From: Vermamoeba vermiformis
Lineage: Eukaryota
Length of the DNA stretch: 64,000 nucleotides
Reading direction: 5' to 3'
Assembly: GCA_045837725.1 (NCBI GenBank)
Contig: JBEWZL010000211.1
Span: 1 to 64,000, forward strand
The notes beneath the pieces are model-generated. The model did not search any database, was not told the DNA's origin, and saw nothing but the letters and a program-made list of their open reading frames with translations. Positions 12,666-26,479 of the stretch are shown piece by piece. The position numbers and the translations under genes were made by a program. How positions within the stretch are numbered: position 1 is the first letter of the stretch; every line of letters begins with the position of its first letter.

Positions 12666-14017
12666 ATGTCATTGAACAGAAATCAATACGATGGTGATAT
12701 CACTATTTGGAGTCCCCAAGGACGTTTATTTCAAGTAGAATATGCTATGGAGGCCGTTAAGCAAGGCAGCACTTGCGTTGGCTTAAAGTCAAAGACACAT
12801 GCGGTGATTTGCGCAGTCAAAAGATCCTCGTCAGAACTTTCATCTTATCAACGAAAAGTATTCAAAATTGACGACCATATGGGTATTGCTATTTCTGGTC
12901 TCACTGCCGATGCTAGATCCCTCTCCAGGTACATGCGCAACGAATGCATGAACCACAGATATGTCTACGAGACTCCTATGTCTGTTTCTCGCTTGGTTAC
13001 TCAAGTTGCTGACAGTATCCTTATTTTACACAATTTTACAAGGTCCTAGAAGGTCATATAAAATTTTTAAATAATTATGCAATTATTTTCTCCTGTGACA
13101 AAAAATTTTTCATTTGATTTTTGAACGATGGTAAACGTAGTAACTTTAAATATCGATATTATACGAGTAATACCACGCGACTTATTAATATTGCTAGTCT
13201 AGAATCATTAGTATAATATTTCCTTAACTAAAATTCAGAATCTCAAGTACACACTCAAAGATATGGCCGAAGACCCTACGGTGTTGGATTGCTTGTTATT
13301 GGATTCGATGTACGTATTTTTTAAATTTAATTTGAAAATATTGACAAAGGCATCAGCAACTCGGCTCACATCTCTTTGAAACTTGCCCTTCCGGCAACTT
13401 TTATGCTTACAAGGCCCAAGCTGTCGGTGCCAGATCTCAATCAGCCAAGACTTACTTGGAAAAGAACGTTGAGAAATTCCCTGAAGGTAAGCTTTCTTTC
13501 AATTTGCAATCCGAAAAGTTTTCCGCCATCTAAATTTTCTACAACGTAATCTCTGTTACGTATAAAATTGGAATTTTATTAATATACGAGATCGTTTTGA
13601 GATGATGCTGACGTTTATTTTCATGAAGCCACTTTGGAACAGCTGATTCGTCATGGTTTGTTGGCTCTTCGTGAATCCATGGCTTACAAGGTACGCTCAT
13701 ATCTGTTAATCATATTTAATCGTGCACATAGGTTAGTAAGCCTAATAAATTTAAAAATAGGAAGGAGACAAGGAGCCTGAGCCTTTGAGCATCAAGAACT
13801 GCAGTGTTGGAATTGTCGGTGTTGATCAAGAGTTTATTATTTTGGAGGACGACAAATTGGCTACTTACGTAAGTATTCTTATACTAGCCGGGACCTATAT
13901 ACTATAATTATTTGTTTTGCCATTATAAAATCAATACGAATATCGTAAAGGCTCGTACTAATCGCGACTTCGTTCCAGATCTCCTCGCTTGACGAAGGTG
14001 CTATGCAAATTGATTAA
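12666..14017 (+). CDS. PSMA1: 20S proteasome subunit alpha type-1 (alpha6)
   Basis: [64 protein letters not shown] and [12 protein letters not shown]. Confidence 0.95.
13015..13238 (+). other. U12-type (minor spliceosome) GT-AG intron in PSMA1
   Basis: The 5' site is GTATCCTT (13015-13022). The branch site TTCCTTAAC (13220-13228) lies about 10 nt before the AG at 13237-13238, with no polypyrimidine tract. Splicing restores [17 protein letters not shown]. Confidence 0.9.
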
Positions 14018-14197
14018 CGCCTACAATCATGTGATATAAGCCTATGTTGTTAAATAGAGCAATTATATATAAGTCGCACTGACGAGAGATTTTTAAACGG
14101 ATCTCTTTGTATTGCAAATAGTTCAATTAAAACAACTTTGTTTTGTAATTAACACTTTACTTTTAATATTTAACAAGAATATAATACTATAATTCGC

Positions 14198-14882
14198 TTA
14201 TGTATTAACAGACCAGGTGAATCTATAGAACAAAAGTTGGTTAGACTCGAGCAGATCGGCTCAAACAATAATTTTAAAAACTACGTACCCGCACTTTGTA
14301 CATTCATAAAATACTGTTTGCCCTTCGTCAGCTGATCGCAATTGAGCGGTCTTAAAGTAAAGCTCTTTGTGTTCGCATTTGGGACATTCGACCGATCCGT
14401 CGTTGATCTGATCGTGTCGTTAGTAATCATAAATAAGAATATTTTCGATATGTACCTTTGCAGCATATTCAGTTTCAAACTTTTGTGATTTTTTAACATT
14501 ATCAGCTTTCCTTCTTCGAGTCACGATGACTTTTGTTTCAAGATCTGGCCATTAAATAATTATTAAATTGAATAAAAATCGTATAAATGTTGTAATATAT
14601 GTATATTGTAAATATAAAATTTAAATATCCGATTATTGACGAATGAAAGGATAATTTAATATGAGATGCAGGTTGGATCGCTGGATCGCAAGGTAAAAGG
14701 CAGTTATTAACGTGTGTATGGTATTATCAAGGTGTATTACCATCAGTAGTGCATTCATAGCCGCAAGCGCCGCAAGTAACTTGACCAGTTTGACCGGGCA
14801 GATTCAGCAACTGGTTGCAGATAGGACAGAAGTTTGTCTTCAGCTGAGCGTTTGATTTTTCGAACCAAGTACTCGTAGCCAT
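14198..14882 (-). CDS. POLR1H: RNA polymerase I subunit RPA12 (4 exons)
   Basis: N-terminal zinc ribbon FCPICNQLL...CGACG and C-terminal TFIIS-like ribbon ECPKCEHKELYFKTAQLRSADEGQTVFYECTKCG. The ORF track shows only shadow frames here. Confidence 0.9.
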
Positions 14883-15128
14883 GGTGTAAGTGTCAAATTA
14901 ATAGTTAAAAATGACGATTGTGGCTCTAACAGCCAAAAAAACCGGATTCGCTAAATTTTGTCATTGGCCGTAAAGAACTGCCGTTGCTACGATTGCATGG
15001 TACCCTATAAATAGAGTTCGACGTTCAGTAACGAGGGAAGACCGGCAGAGCCCTGCCGCTTAAAGGAAATTTTGTGGCGCTGATTTTTTGCTTCGTGAAC
15101 AGTGCTTCATTTTTATTTTAACTCCTCG

Positions 15129-18100
15129 ATGGGTGATCACAAAGAGAGTAGTATTTATATATTAACCTTCGAGGATAACGGTGACCCTACCTTTCCCTTG
15201 GGAATTTTTGTTCCTAGAGATGCAACCCTGCGTTTTGTCCTCAAGGCAGGCTCTCGCATCTGCACTCTTTCACCTCAAGTAATGACAAATTATGCTTCAA
15301 ATAATGAGCAATTTACGAGAGATAGACTACATCCGGTAGCAAGGTAACTGTCAGACGAAAAAAATATCCAATTAAATCATTTCGTGTCAAAAATCACTTA
15401 TACCATTTACGTGCATATTAATAATTAATACTATATTAATAATATAATTTTACGAATTATTTGGAGCAATAATTGATTACGATTGCAGTGGCATGAAACA
15501 AACTCCAGAAGGCAATTGGATCGCGGATATTTACATTAGTAAAGCTGGCGCATATGATTATTTACTTAGCTGGACTTCTTCGGACGGCTCCCTCGTTGAA
15601 ATGGTATCGAAAATCAAATATTTCCGGCAGTTTTCTTCGGCTGCTCTTCTGCATCGAAATTATTTCCTTGATCAGCAATGCTGTCAAGTCTTATTTTATA
15701 TATGTATACAGTAGGCTGCAAATTAACCGAAATTTTAGGGCAAAATGGGACATTTTGTTGTTGATCCGCGCTTGACCATTGAACGGGAAGACGGAACCAA
15801 GAAAGAGCTACCACTCGATGCTATTTGCCTACAAACGCATTTAACAAAATTAATGGGCCCATTATCAGAATGGGAGGGTCACTTCAAATTGATGGGTGAT
15901 TTAGGCGCGTATTTTCGGATCATCAGATCTCAACGCCATTTTATTAATAATATTACTAATAGGCTATAATATGATCCACTTGACACCTATTCAAGAACTT
16001 GGCTCATCAAACTCAGCTTACAGCTTATACGATCAATTAACAGTTTATTCAAAACTATTCCCGAATGAGCCTAGAATTACAGGTTAGTTGACGATTAATT
16101 ATCCGCAATTAAGCTAATTCGTTAGCAGAGACCGAGAAGTTTTCGAGATTGAAGACATTTATTGATAATATGGAAAAGAAATACGGTGTAGTGGCGTTAG
16201 GCGATATTGTTTGGAATCATACTAGTCACGATACACCTTGGATTGGCGAGCACCCTGAAGCAGCTTATAATACAGATAATTGTCCTTATCTTAAGCCTGC
16301 AGCAGTTGTTGATATCGTACGTAATATCTAAGAAAATTAATTGGATCTTGCTAAGACACGTGGCTTTAGGCACTCCATAAATTAGCTGAGGACCTTGTAG
16401 CTGGAAAATATAATGCTAAGTACGGATTATATGACACTATTCGTAATGAGGACGATATTGGCAAGTTATGTACTATTTTGAAAGAAGAAGTACTGCCTCC
16501 TTTGAGACTATGGGAGTTCTTTATTATCAACGTTGAAGACGCTGTCAATGAAATGAGAGCTAGCATTAAACAGAGCCAGAAAGTGCACGTATTATTATTA
16601 TTATAAGCGGTTGCCTAACAAAATTTTTAGCGAGGAGCCTTATTACGATGTGGATCTGAACGACGACAATAAGCTTACTGAAAAGATCTTTAAAGAGGGT
16701 CTTTACTATGAATCTCATCGAGATAGATTCTCTATTAAGGTAAAGCCCTTGTTACATGTATTTAAGATTCTCCGAGAAAATTTGGCCAAAATATTTTGCG
16801 CTGAAATTTTAAATTCCAGTACGCGAGCAAGTTATTAATATTATTATGTTAGATCAAATTAGAATGTGCTCTTCGATTATTCAATTCGACTCCTTGCAAC
16901 GACCTTACCGATGGCGAGATTGATCGAAGATGCGAAAAGTACCAACGATTACTCGAGAAATTGAACTTGCCAATGTACCTGGAGGTCAATGATCATATTC
17001 AGTAAGTATAATACGATAATGAGAGCGTTAGATGCTGAATTATTCATCAGATCTATTATTTCGAACGTCGCATCCACTGTCCGTTACGAAAGATTAGCCG
17101 ATCATGGACCAAAGAAAGGACCCATTAAAAAGGGTCACCTCGTTGATCCTTACTTCCGAAGAGTTCTAACCAACAAATACCCTCACAAACAACGTAATAT
17201 TGGTCGTTATAGCAAGCACCGCCTGGATATCGATAAATTTAATGAAGAAGGCGTAACTTACTGCGCGCACAATGGTTGGATTTGGGGAGGTACGTAATGA
17301 CCATACCTTTATTGTACTATATGATTCTTATTCATTACTAGGAAATCCATTGTTTGATTTCGCCGGACCCGATTCAAAGTGCTACATCCGGCGTGAAGTT
17401 ATAATTTGGGGTGACTGTATCAAGTTCCGATATGGCGCTGGTCCAAGTGACAGTCCCTGGCTCTGGGAACACATGAAGGAGTACACGCAATTCATGGCTA
17501 AGATCTTCCACGGCCTTCGTGTAGACAACGCGCATTCAACTCCAATCCACGTGGCACGATATCTCATCGATGCTGCTCGAGAGGTATACATAATGATACC
17601 GATATGCCTATTCTTTATTCACAAGTTATTTCTATTAGGTGAGACCCGAGCTGTATGTGACTGCTGAGTTGTTTACTGGCAGCGAAGAAGTCGACAATAT
17701 CTTCATCAGCAAGCTGGGCATTAACTCGCTCATCCGCGAAGGAATGCAGGCTGGTGACCCGTGGGAGTTGGGTCGCTTAGTCCATCGTTACGGTGGTCGT
17801 GCTGTTGGATCTGTAGTCGAGCGATACAGTACCATGTACTACTCCAAAGAAGGCGATCAAAGCGGGTAAGAATAAGTTCAGTTAATCGAGTCATGAGACA
17901 TATTTAACGTGTCCCTTAGTGTCAACATGGCGCTCAAGCCTCGCATTCCTCCTGCTTTGTTCATGGACTGCACACACGACAACGAAGTTCCGAATCAAAA
18001 ACGATCTTTGTGGGACACTTTGCCCAACGCAGCGCTGGTAAGTATATGCTGGAAGGCATTGTCGTACGATACTAATGAGTATTATTAAGGTTACTATGGC

Positions 18101-21100
18101 TCGTTGTGCTATCGGTAGTGTTAAAGGCTACGACGCAATTTACCCGCAACGCATCGATTTGGTCAATGAAGCTAAGCTCTATCCTACTGACAGCATTGAA
18201 AAGCCTTTGCAAAACGAAGGTGTTTATTTCCCGCGCAAAATCTTGAACACGTTGCACAAGTAAGTGGCCGAATGAATGTCAGTAATTTTTCATATTAGCT
18301 AATATTTTTTATAGGAAACTCGAGGAAGAAGGATACACCGAGATTCACGTGCATCAAGAAGAGAACGTAATCACCGTGCAGCGACATAATCCGTCCAATC
18401 ACAAAGCAGTCTATGCTATCTGCCATACCGCGTTTTACGGCGGTGGAAACAATTTTGGCGAAACACCGAAATTCACCGTCAAAATCCCACACAAGGTCAC
18501 TAAACTGCTCTTCGCTGCTCAGATTGACGTAGAGATTTCGTTACGAGTAAGCGATAATAATCATAAAAAAGTACTTCGTACACAAGACCAAAGCAAAGCC
18601 TAACACTTGGACAGGCTGAAACTTCGGACCATTTGCAAGGCATTGCTTCAAAGTGCCGCATGATTGTTGACAGCGACGACTACTCGTCAGTGTTGACACT
18701 CAGAGAGTGCAATGACGGCTTGGCTAAATCATTTGAGGTCCACTTTAACAACTTCCACCCTGGTGCTGTCGTGTTTTTCGAAGCCACTCTCCACGGTAGG
18801 TTATCACCGTTCGTGAGTAAAGTTCGTCTAACGTATTGTCCTTGCAGACGATGAATCCCGTGCCTCAGAGGTGTTGTCAGGATTAAAGCACGATCACAGC
18901 TTGTTTGATCATTTCAAGGCCCTAGACTGCTTGGACTTCAATTACTTGTTGTACAGATGTGAAGACGAGGAACGGTACGTCATTAGTATATCCCTTATCG
19001 TGGCACGTGATTTATTGTAGTTGTTTCAGATCTGTGGATGGTAACTCCGGCGTGTATAATATACCCGAATATGGACCACTTGTGTTTGCTGGAATTCAAG
19101 GTTTTGTCTCAGTCCTGCAAACTATTCGCCTTAATAATGACATGGGCCACCAACTGTTCAATAATTTGCGTGCTGGTAATTGGGCCATGGATTACATTCT
19201 TTACCGCATTGAGCGACAGATGCGTGTCAGCGAATCCGAGAAAAACAAATGGACTGGCTTGTATAATTGGCTCAAGGGCTATTTCGAAGCCGTAAGTAAC
19301 ATTAATATATAGTAACCTTATAATTGAATCCTTTGTAAAGGCAAAGAAAATGCCGCGCTACTTGGTGCCAAAGTCGTTCGATCGGATCTTGATGAAGCTT
19401 TACCTCTCAGCTATTGAATATATTACTCGCGTATTGATGGTGCCGTCAGCCATGACTACGACACGGTATTCTTTCTTTCAACAGCTTCTGTTAACCTCCG
19501 TTCAGTTAGTCGCAAGTATGCCAAACAGCTGGGTTATTCATCCTAAACTCCTCTCGGTAAGTTATTATGCCTAAATAATACGCCTTCATATTTTGTGAGC
19601 ACGAAGAGAAAAGTTGGAAATTTTTCTATTGGTTCTGGTACGAAGCTACCATAATTTTCCTTGCGCAAATTTTGCTGCCTCTTCATAGGGATGAACGCGC
19701 GTGGCAGAGACTTGAGAAAGTGCTCTGTATTCGTGCTTCATCTTTTCTTTCGCCAAGTGGGTTGAAGAGGATTCTGATGGATATCCTATCATAATACTTC
19801 GATTTATGACCAGGGCTGCGGATCGTGGCCTGGAGTCATTTGTCACAGGTTGCACGCTACGCAATCACTTTCTTTTTTACTTTTGACACTCACCTATAAC
19901 TACTCGACTCAACTTTTCCTTTTTAGGAAGGAGAATACAAAGCTGCGATGGCCGCTGGTTTGCCGCACTTTAGCACGGGTTACATGCGCGTGTGGGGCCG
20001 TGACACTTTTATTTCATTGAACGGCTTGTTGATCCGTCCTGGAAGATATAAGGTACGAGTATAATAATCGTAAAAAGCATTCAGAGTCATAGCTCTAATG
20101 TTCGGTTTCATAGGACGCGCAAGATCTGATCTTAGGTTTTGGATCTTCAATGAGACACGGACTTATTCCTAACTTGTTGGATCAAGGATGGAATCCAAGG
20201 TAGTCCCTTCTATTAATATATCCAAGTAATCTAACCCGTGTTCTATTTTTAGATACAACTGCCGCGATGCTGTTTGGTGGTGGTTAGCTTCGATTCAGGA
20301 TTATTGCACCCACGCACCTGAAGGCGTTGAATTCTTAAAAACATCATTATGTCGATTGTTCCCATGGGACGACTATGATAGCCCTAATACTCCTTCAACG
20401 CACAAAGTCACTTTAGTGGATCTGATCCAGGAGGCAATGCAGCGACACGCAGCTGGTATCTACTTCAGAGAACGAAATGCCGGCCAAAAAATTGATAGCA
20501 AGATGACTGATGAAGGCTTTAATGTGTCTGTATCGTTGGATTATGAAACCGGATTCATTTCTGGTGGCAACAAAATGAACTGCGGCACGTGGATGGACAA
20601 GATGGGTGACTCGCAGAAGGCTGGAAACTTCGGATTGCCTGCTACATCAAGGTAAGATCATTTACTATACAAAACAAACTACTTTACACGCATTCTTGCG
20701 TTTTTCTCGAATTGAAATGCCGGATCCGATCTGATCCTATGCTTGGGCGACCTTAAAATATGTGGCGCCTTGTCTTTTTGACGACCTCGTATGATCCGAG
20801 ACAGTTTTTTCAACTCAAGGCGCTATAGCTTAGTGGTAGAGCACTGGTCTCATAAGTCGGTTGTCTTGGTTCGATTCCAAGTAGCGCCTAATTTCAATTT
20901 CTTTTTTGCTCTTTTAACTTGCGGTAACAACTTACATTCCATAGCTTTGAATATGACTTCGAATATTCGCAATTACGGCTTAAGTTGAGTGGATGTGACT
21001 AACTTATTTTTTCCTTTAGAGACGGAGCTGATGTTGAAATTATTGGCTTGTTGAAGTACACGGTGCGCTGGTTATCAGAGCTATCGGCCAGCAATCCTGC

Positions 21101-22177
21101 TTTGTTCCCGCACAAAGGCGTCAAGATCACGGTCAATCATGGTACGTCGCGTACTGGATCTTGTTTTTGCTTTAAAACGATTTACTTATGCTTGAAATAT
21201 AGAAAATCGGTTCTTGAGCTATGAAGAATGGAATAAGAAGCTTCAAGCGAACTTTGAGAAGTATTTCTACATCCCGTTGAACTCGATCGACGATGTGCAC
21301 CACGTAATCGACAAGAACACTGTGAATAGAAGAGGCATATACAAAGATGTATATGGATCGAATGACAGTTGGCACGACTATCAATTCAGGCCTAATCAAT
21401 GCGTGGCTATGGCTTTGGCTCCCGAGCTGTTCAATCCGGATCATGCTCGTACCGCACTGCATCTGATTGAGAATAACTTGTTGGGACCATTAGGCATGAA
21501 GACCTTGGACCCTAGTGATATGCGCTACAGACCTAATTACGACAATGGCGCTGATACTGAGGACTTTTTGACCAGCAAAGGATTTAATTACCATCAAGGC
21601 CCAGTACGTACTCTTAAATAGTATTATATGATAGGTGAAGGTAAATACTAACATATTAATATGAATAGGAATGGTTATGGCCCGTTGGCTACTTCTTGAA
21701 GGCTAAAATCCAATTCGCGGAAGAAAAAGTCAGATCTGACTTAGCCAATCATATTTGGTCAATTCTAAAGCCTCATCGAACAGCTATCGATCAGTCCTAT
21801 TGGTGCGGATTGCCCGGTAAGTCTTCTTCACCTTTCAGATCCGGATTTAAAGTCTTTACGTCCCACAAATAACTAACAGCTCATTCATGGGCCGCTATTT
21901 CTTTTCATTTATTCTAGAATTACATTGGGTGGAAAGTACAGGTGGGGTGCATCTCGGAGTGTCGAGTTGCCACCGCGTGGTCGCTTTCCATCCACTTTTT
22001 TTTGCTACATCCGGTTATAATTTTATTTATGTACAATACTGACGTATTTAATACTAAATAGAATTGACCAACTACCACGGCAGTTTCTGCAGAGATTCGT
22101 GTCCTTCGCAAGCTTGGTCCACTGGCACTATTATTGACGCGATTTTTGACTTGCATGCGCTCATGAAACAAAAATAG
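15129..22177 (+). CDS. AGL: Glycogen debranching enzyme (4-alpha-glucanotransferase/amylo-1,6-glucosidase), many exons
   Basis: [131 protein letters not shown] and QAWS. Confidence 0.96.
19705..19878 (+). ncRNA. Candidate structured ncRNA inside AGL intron 19557..19926
   Basis: A series of hairpins with G-U pairs valid on the + strand (19705-19727 with a GAGA loop, 19764-19800, 19807-19838), a possible closing helix 19757-19764/19862-19868, then TTTCTTTTTT. The family was not recognised. Confidence 0.4.
20765..20908 (+). repeat. ~145-bp tRNA-containing cassette, copy 1 (in AGL intron 20652..21019)
   Basis: Identical to 44912..45056 except for one T indel and one T/C substitution. It comprises a 54-bp leader, the tRNA and a T-rich trailer. 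Confidence 0.95.
20819..20889 (+). tRNA. tRNA-like gene, anticodon CAT (Met by anticodon; atypical body)
   Basis: Cloverleaf: acceptor GGCGCTA/TAGCGCC, D-arm GCTT-AGTGGTA-GAGC, anticodon arm CTGGT-CTCATAA-GTCGG (three G-U pairs), T-arm CTTGG-TTCGATT-CCAAG, followed by a downstream T6. Confidence 0.8.
21861..21868 (+). promoter_or_regulatory. DUSE/USE-like upstream element TCCCACAA
   Basis: Matches the Dictyostelium DUSE consensus WCCCAYAA and ends about 60 nt upstream of the hairpin at 21927, the spacing known for DUSE-driven small RNAs. Confidence 0.5.
21927..22003 (+). ncRNA. Candidate 67-nt Pol III-type panhandle RNA inside the last AGL intron (21817..22061)
   Basis: Terminal helix GGGTGGAAAG/CTTTCCATCC (10 bp, one G-U on +), inner GGTGG/CCACC and CTCG/CGAG, followed by T8 at 21996-22003. 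It is a GC-rich island in an AT-rich intron. Confidence 0.55.
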
Positions 22178-22307
22178 GCCAGAAAAATGTATTAAATAAT
22201 ACAGGCTAACAAAATAAATTATTTATTTTACAACGTTCGCTTCTAGACAAAGACAGACGGATCTGCATCCAAAAATAATTTCGAGAATTCTGCAATTAAG
22301 TTCCACA

Positions 22308-24084
<1,777 letters not shown>

Positions 24085-24108
24085 CTACGTACAATAAAAA
24101 CAAGATAA

Positions 24109-26479
24109 TTACAGAACAGAGTATTCAATATGTTCGTCTTCAGGGAAAATGAACGGATTCACGACTTCTTCGATTAGTTGGGGCTCAGCGGCATTCATAA
24201 TTTGTTCCAAGAACGCATTAGCATCGTCATCGTGGAACATCATGTCAGGAGATAAGTCTTGTTGCTCCACTTCTGGATTTGGATCGGAGATCGGCGAGTT
24301 GCTATCTACAATTTCTGGGCTTGAGACGGAGCTGCTATTCAGTATTTCGACTATACTACTATCTCGGTTCATTTCTTTGTTGAATAGAGGTGCTGTATGG
24401 TCCACAAAGCCCTTGACGCTTCTTACAAAGTCTCGGTACGAAATAGCCTTTCCAAATTTGTTAATTGTTTCTCGAACACCCTTATTGAGCAAGGCGCTTG
24501 TAGGATGTCTATAACTGCTTTCTTCAAGTATACGCAATGACTACATAAAGTTAGATCATTAATTTTTTTTTTTCGGATCCGATGTGAGCTTACCAGATCC
24601 AACTCTTCTTGCCAATCATAGATTATACAGAGTCCGGTGATAACGGCCACAATGGTAGCAGACCAGTAGCTGCACACACAGATCGGTTGCCTGGCTGTTT
24701 CGAGCACACCTCTCACGCATTCAAGCATGAATTGTGGCTGGTTTCCAACGAAATAAATCAACGCTTTCGTGGCTTCCTGATAAACTTCCAAAATTTTTCT
24801 GCGATAATTTGTTAGCAGCCGCCACCTACAATAATAATATCCTAAATAACTAACCTCATTCTATCAGGGAACTTTTCAGTTTGTTTCAAAAGTTCGTCAC
24901 CTTGTTCGGCTAACGTGATCCAAGTATTGTACTGTTTGACATTTGCAGATCTATTCTCGTTGATATATTGCGCTGCCTCGAGTGTGATTTTTAGTTGCAA
25001 AATGTTGAGTTGATAGACGTAATTAGGCTCCTCGCCAGATAAACTAGCATTGTTACTCGAATAATAAAATTGATTAATTAACACCAGGGCCTGGTCTCTA
25101 ATAAAACAAGCAAAGTTAATATAACTACTAGTATTAACATATAATAAGGCTCACATATAACCAGCCCAAGCAAGCAGACAACCGTACGTAAAGTCCGAAA
25201 CTCGTTTAAGGTGCTGTGCTTGAGGTTTGTTGCTGAATTTTGACACGAAATTATCTGTTGACCGTCGTGCAATATCAACGTAAAACGTAGCCTTCTCGCA
25301 GTCTCCCATACTCTGAAAAATCAGATCCGTGTTCAGTCGTTACTTGGCGTGACTTAGTATTGTTATAGAGCTTACCATTTGAGCCTCTGCTATCATAAAG
25401 TGACTTTGGGCGATATCTGCACAATTACTATTATCGAATAGCGGACCCATGGCAGCTCTATAAAAAACAAAAATCGTGTCAACACCTCAGATCTACGTGT
25501 CTAGAAAAATCCAAGAATTCCTGAACTCACTTTGCTTCTTGCTCTAGCTGCTTATATAAAGTAAAATCCCCCGTATATGCTGAAGCACTTGCAAGAATAC
25601 TGTACATTAAAGCCTTTTGCGGCGTATAAACTGAGAATAAAAATATTAGATCCGGATTCAAAAGTTAACTTGTTAGCGAATAGCTCTTAAGTATAATAAG
25701 CTCTTACTTTTGCTCGTTTCCAATTCTTCAATGCTTCTAAATGGTGGTTTAATCTCGTACGAAGGATAGCCTCCCCACATGTAGATGTCGATTAACGTAT
25801 TAAACAACACTGAATTTGAAAGCTTGAACATTCCTCGCGGCTAATAAATATTAATTAATGCTATAATATGATATTATTAGAATATTTTGACGTACTTCGA
25901 CTGCTAATAAGCCTTCTGAAAATAGCTGGTTGTATTGTTGTTCCATTATTTGCGTTTTTTGCTCGTAAAATGATGCCATCTTTTTGTACCGCTCAATTTC
26001 ATCTTCCATTTTTTTAATATCATCGAGAACAGGCACTTTGCCTAAAAAGGAAAAATTAATACTGCGATCCAAAAACTCTGTGCGTGAGCAACGTAAGTAT
26101 GGATTCAAATATAACGTACCTCCTCTTGGACCTCGTTTTTTAGGACCTTTTGCGTAAATGCAAGGAATATTTCGTTCGATACACAGACTGCACGTGGGTT
26201 TTTTGCGATCGCCTGTCGCGTGTATTAATTAATGGAAATAATACGTGCGAAAATAATAATATTTAAAATATATTGATATAATAGGTGCTTTTTGAATCCT
26301 TTCTCATGCAAATCCACAAATAAAATTTCAAAAAGTAATTTGCGGATTCGTCGTGCCCGTTTAATTGATATCTTACATTTAGTGTGCCATTTTCTACAAT
26401 TAATACATGTCAGCTCTTTCTGCGCTTTCGGTTTTGCCCCGACCTCAGTCGACATCTGCATTTCGGTCGCTAACGACAT
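24109..26479 (-). CDS. Zn(II)2Cys6 binuclear cluster transcription factor (paralog 1)
   Basis: CINCRKWHTKC|DRKKPTCSLCIERNIPCIY..PKKRGP, a coiled coil, and a middle region (QKALMYSILA, GPLFDN, GNQPQF) shared with the loci at 53586 and 56108. Confidence 0.88.

Noticed and set aside
19722-19778. Partial resemblance to U5 snRNA (CTCTG...CTTCA...TCTTTCGCC...GAGGA)
   Set aside because: The invariant loop I GCCTTTTAC is absent. U1, U2, U4, U6, U11, U12, SRP and RNase P/MRP hallmark motifs were also not convincingly matched by eye.
20791-20988. ORFs starting [18 protein letters not shown] here and at 44939..45256
   Set aside because: They are translations across the tRNA cassette and diverge right after the repeat, so they are not protein genes.
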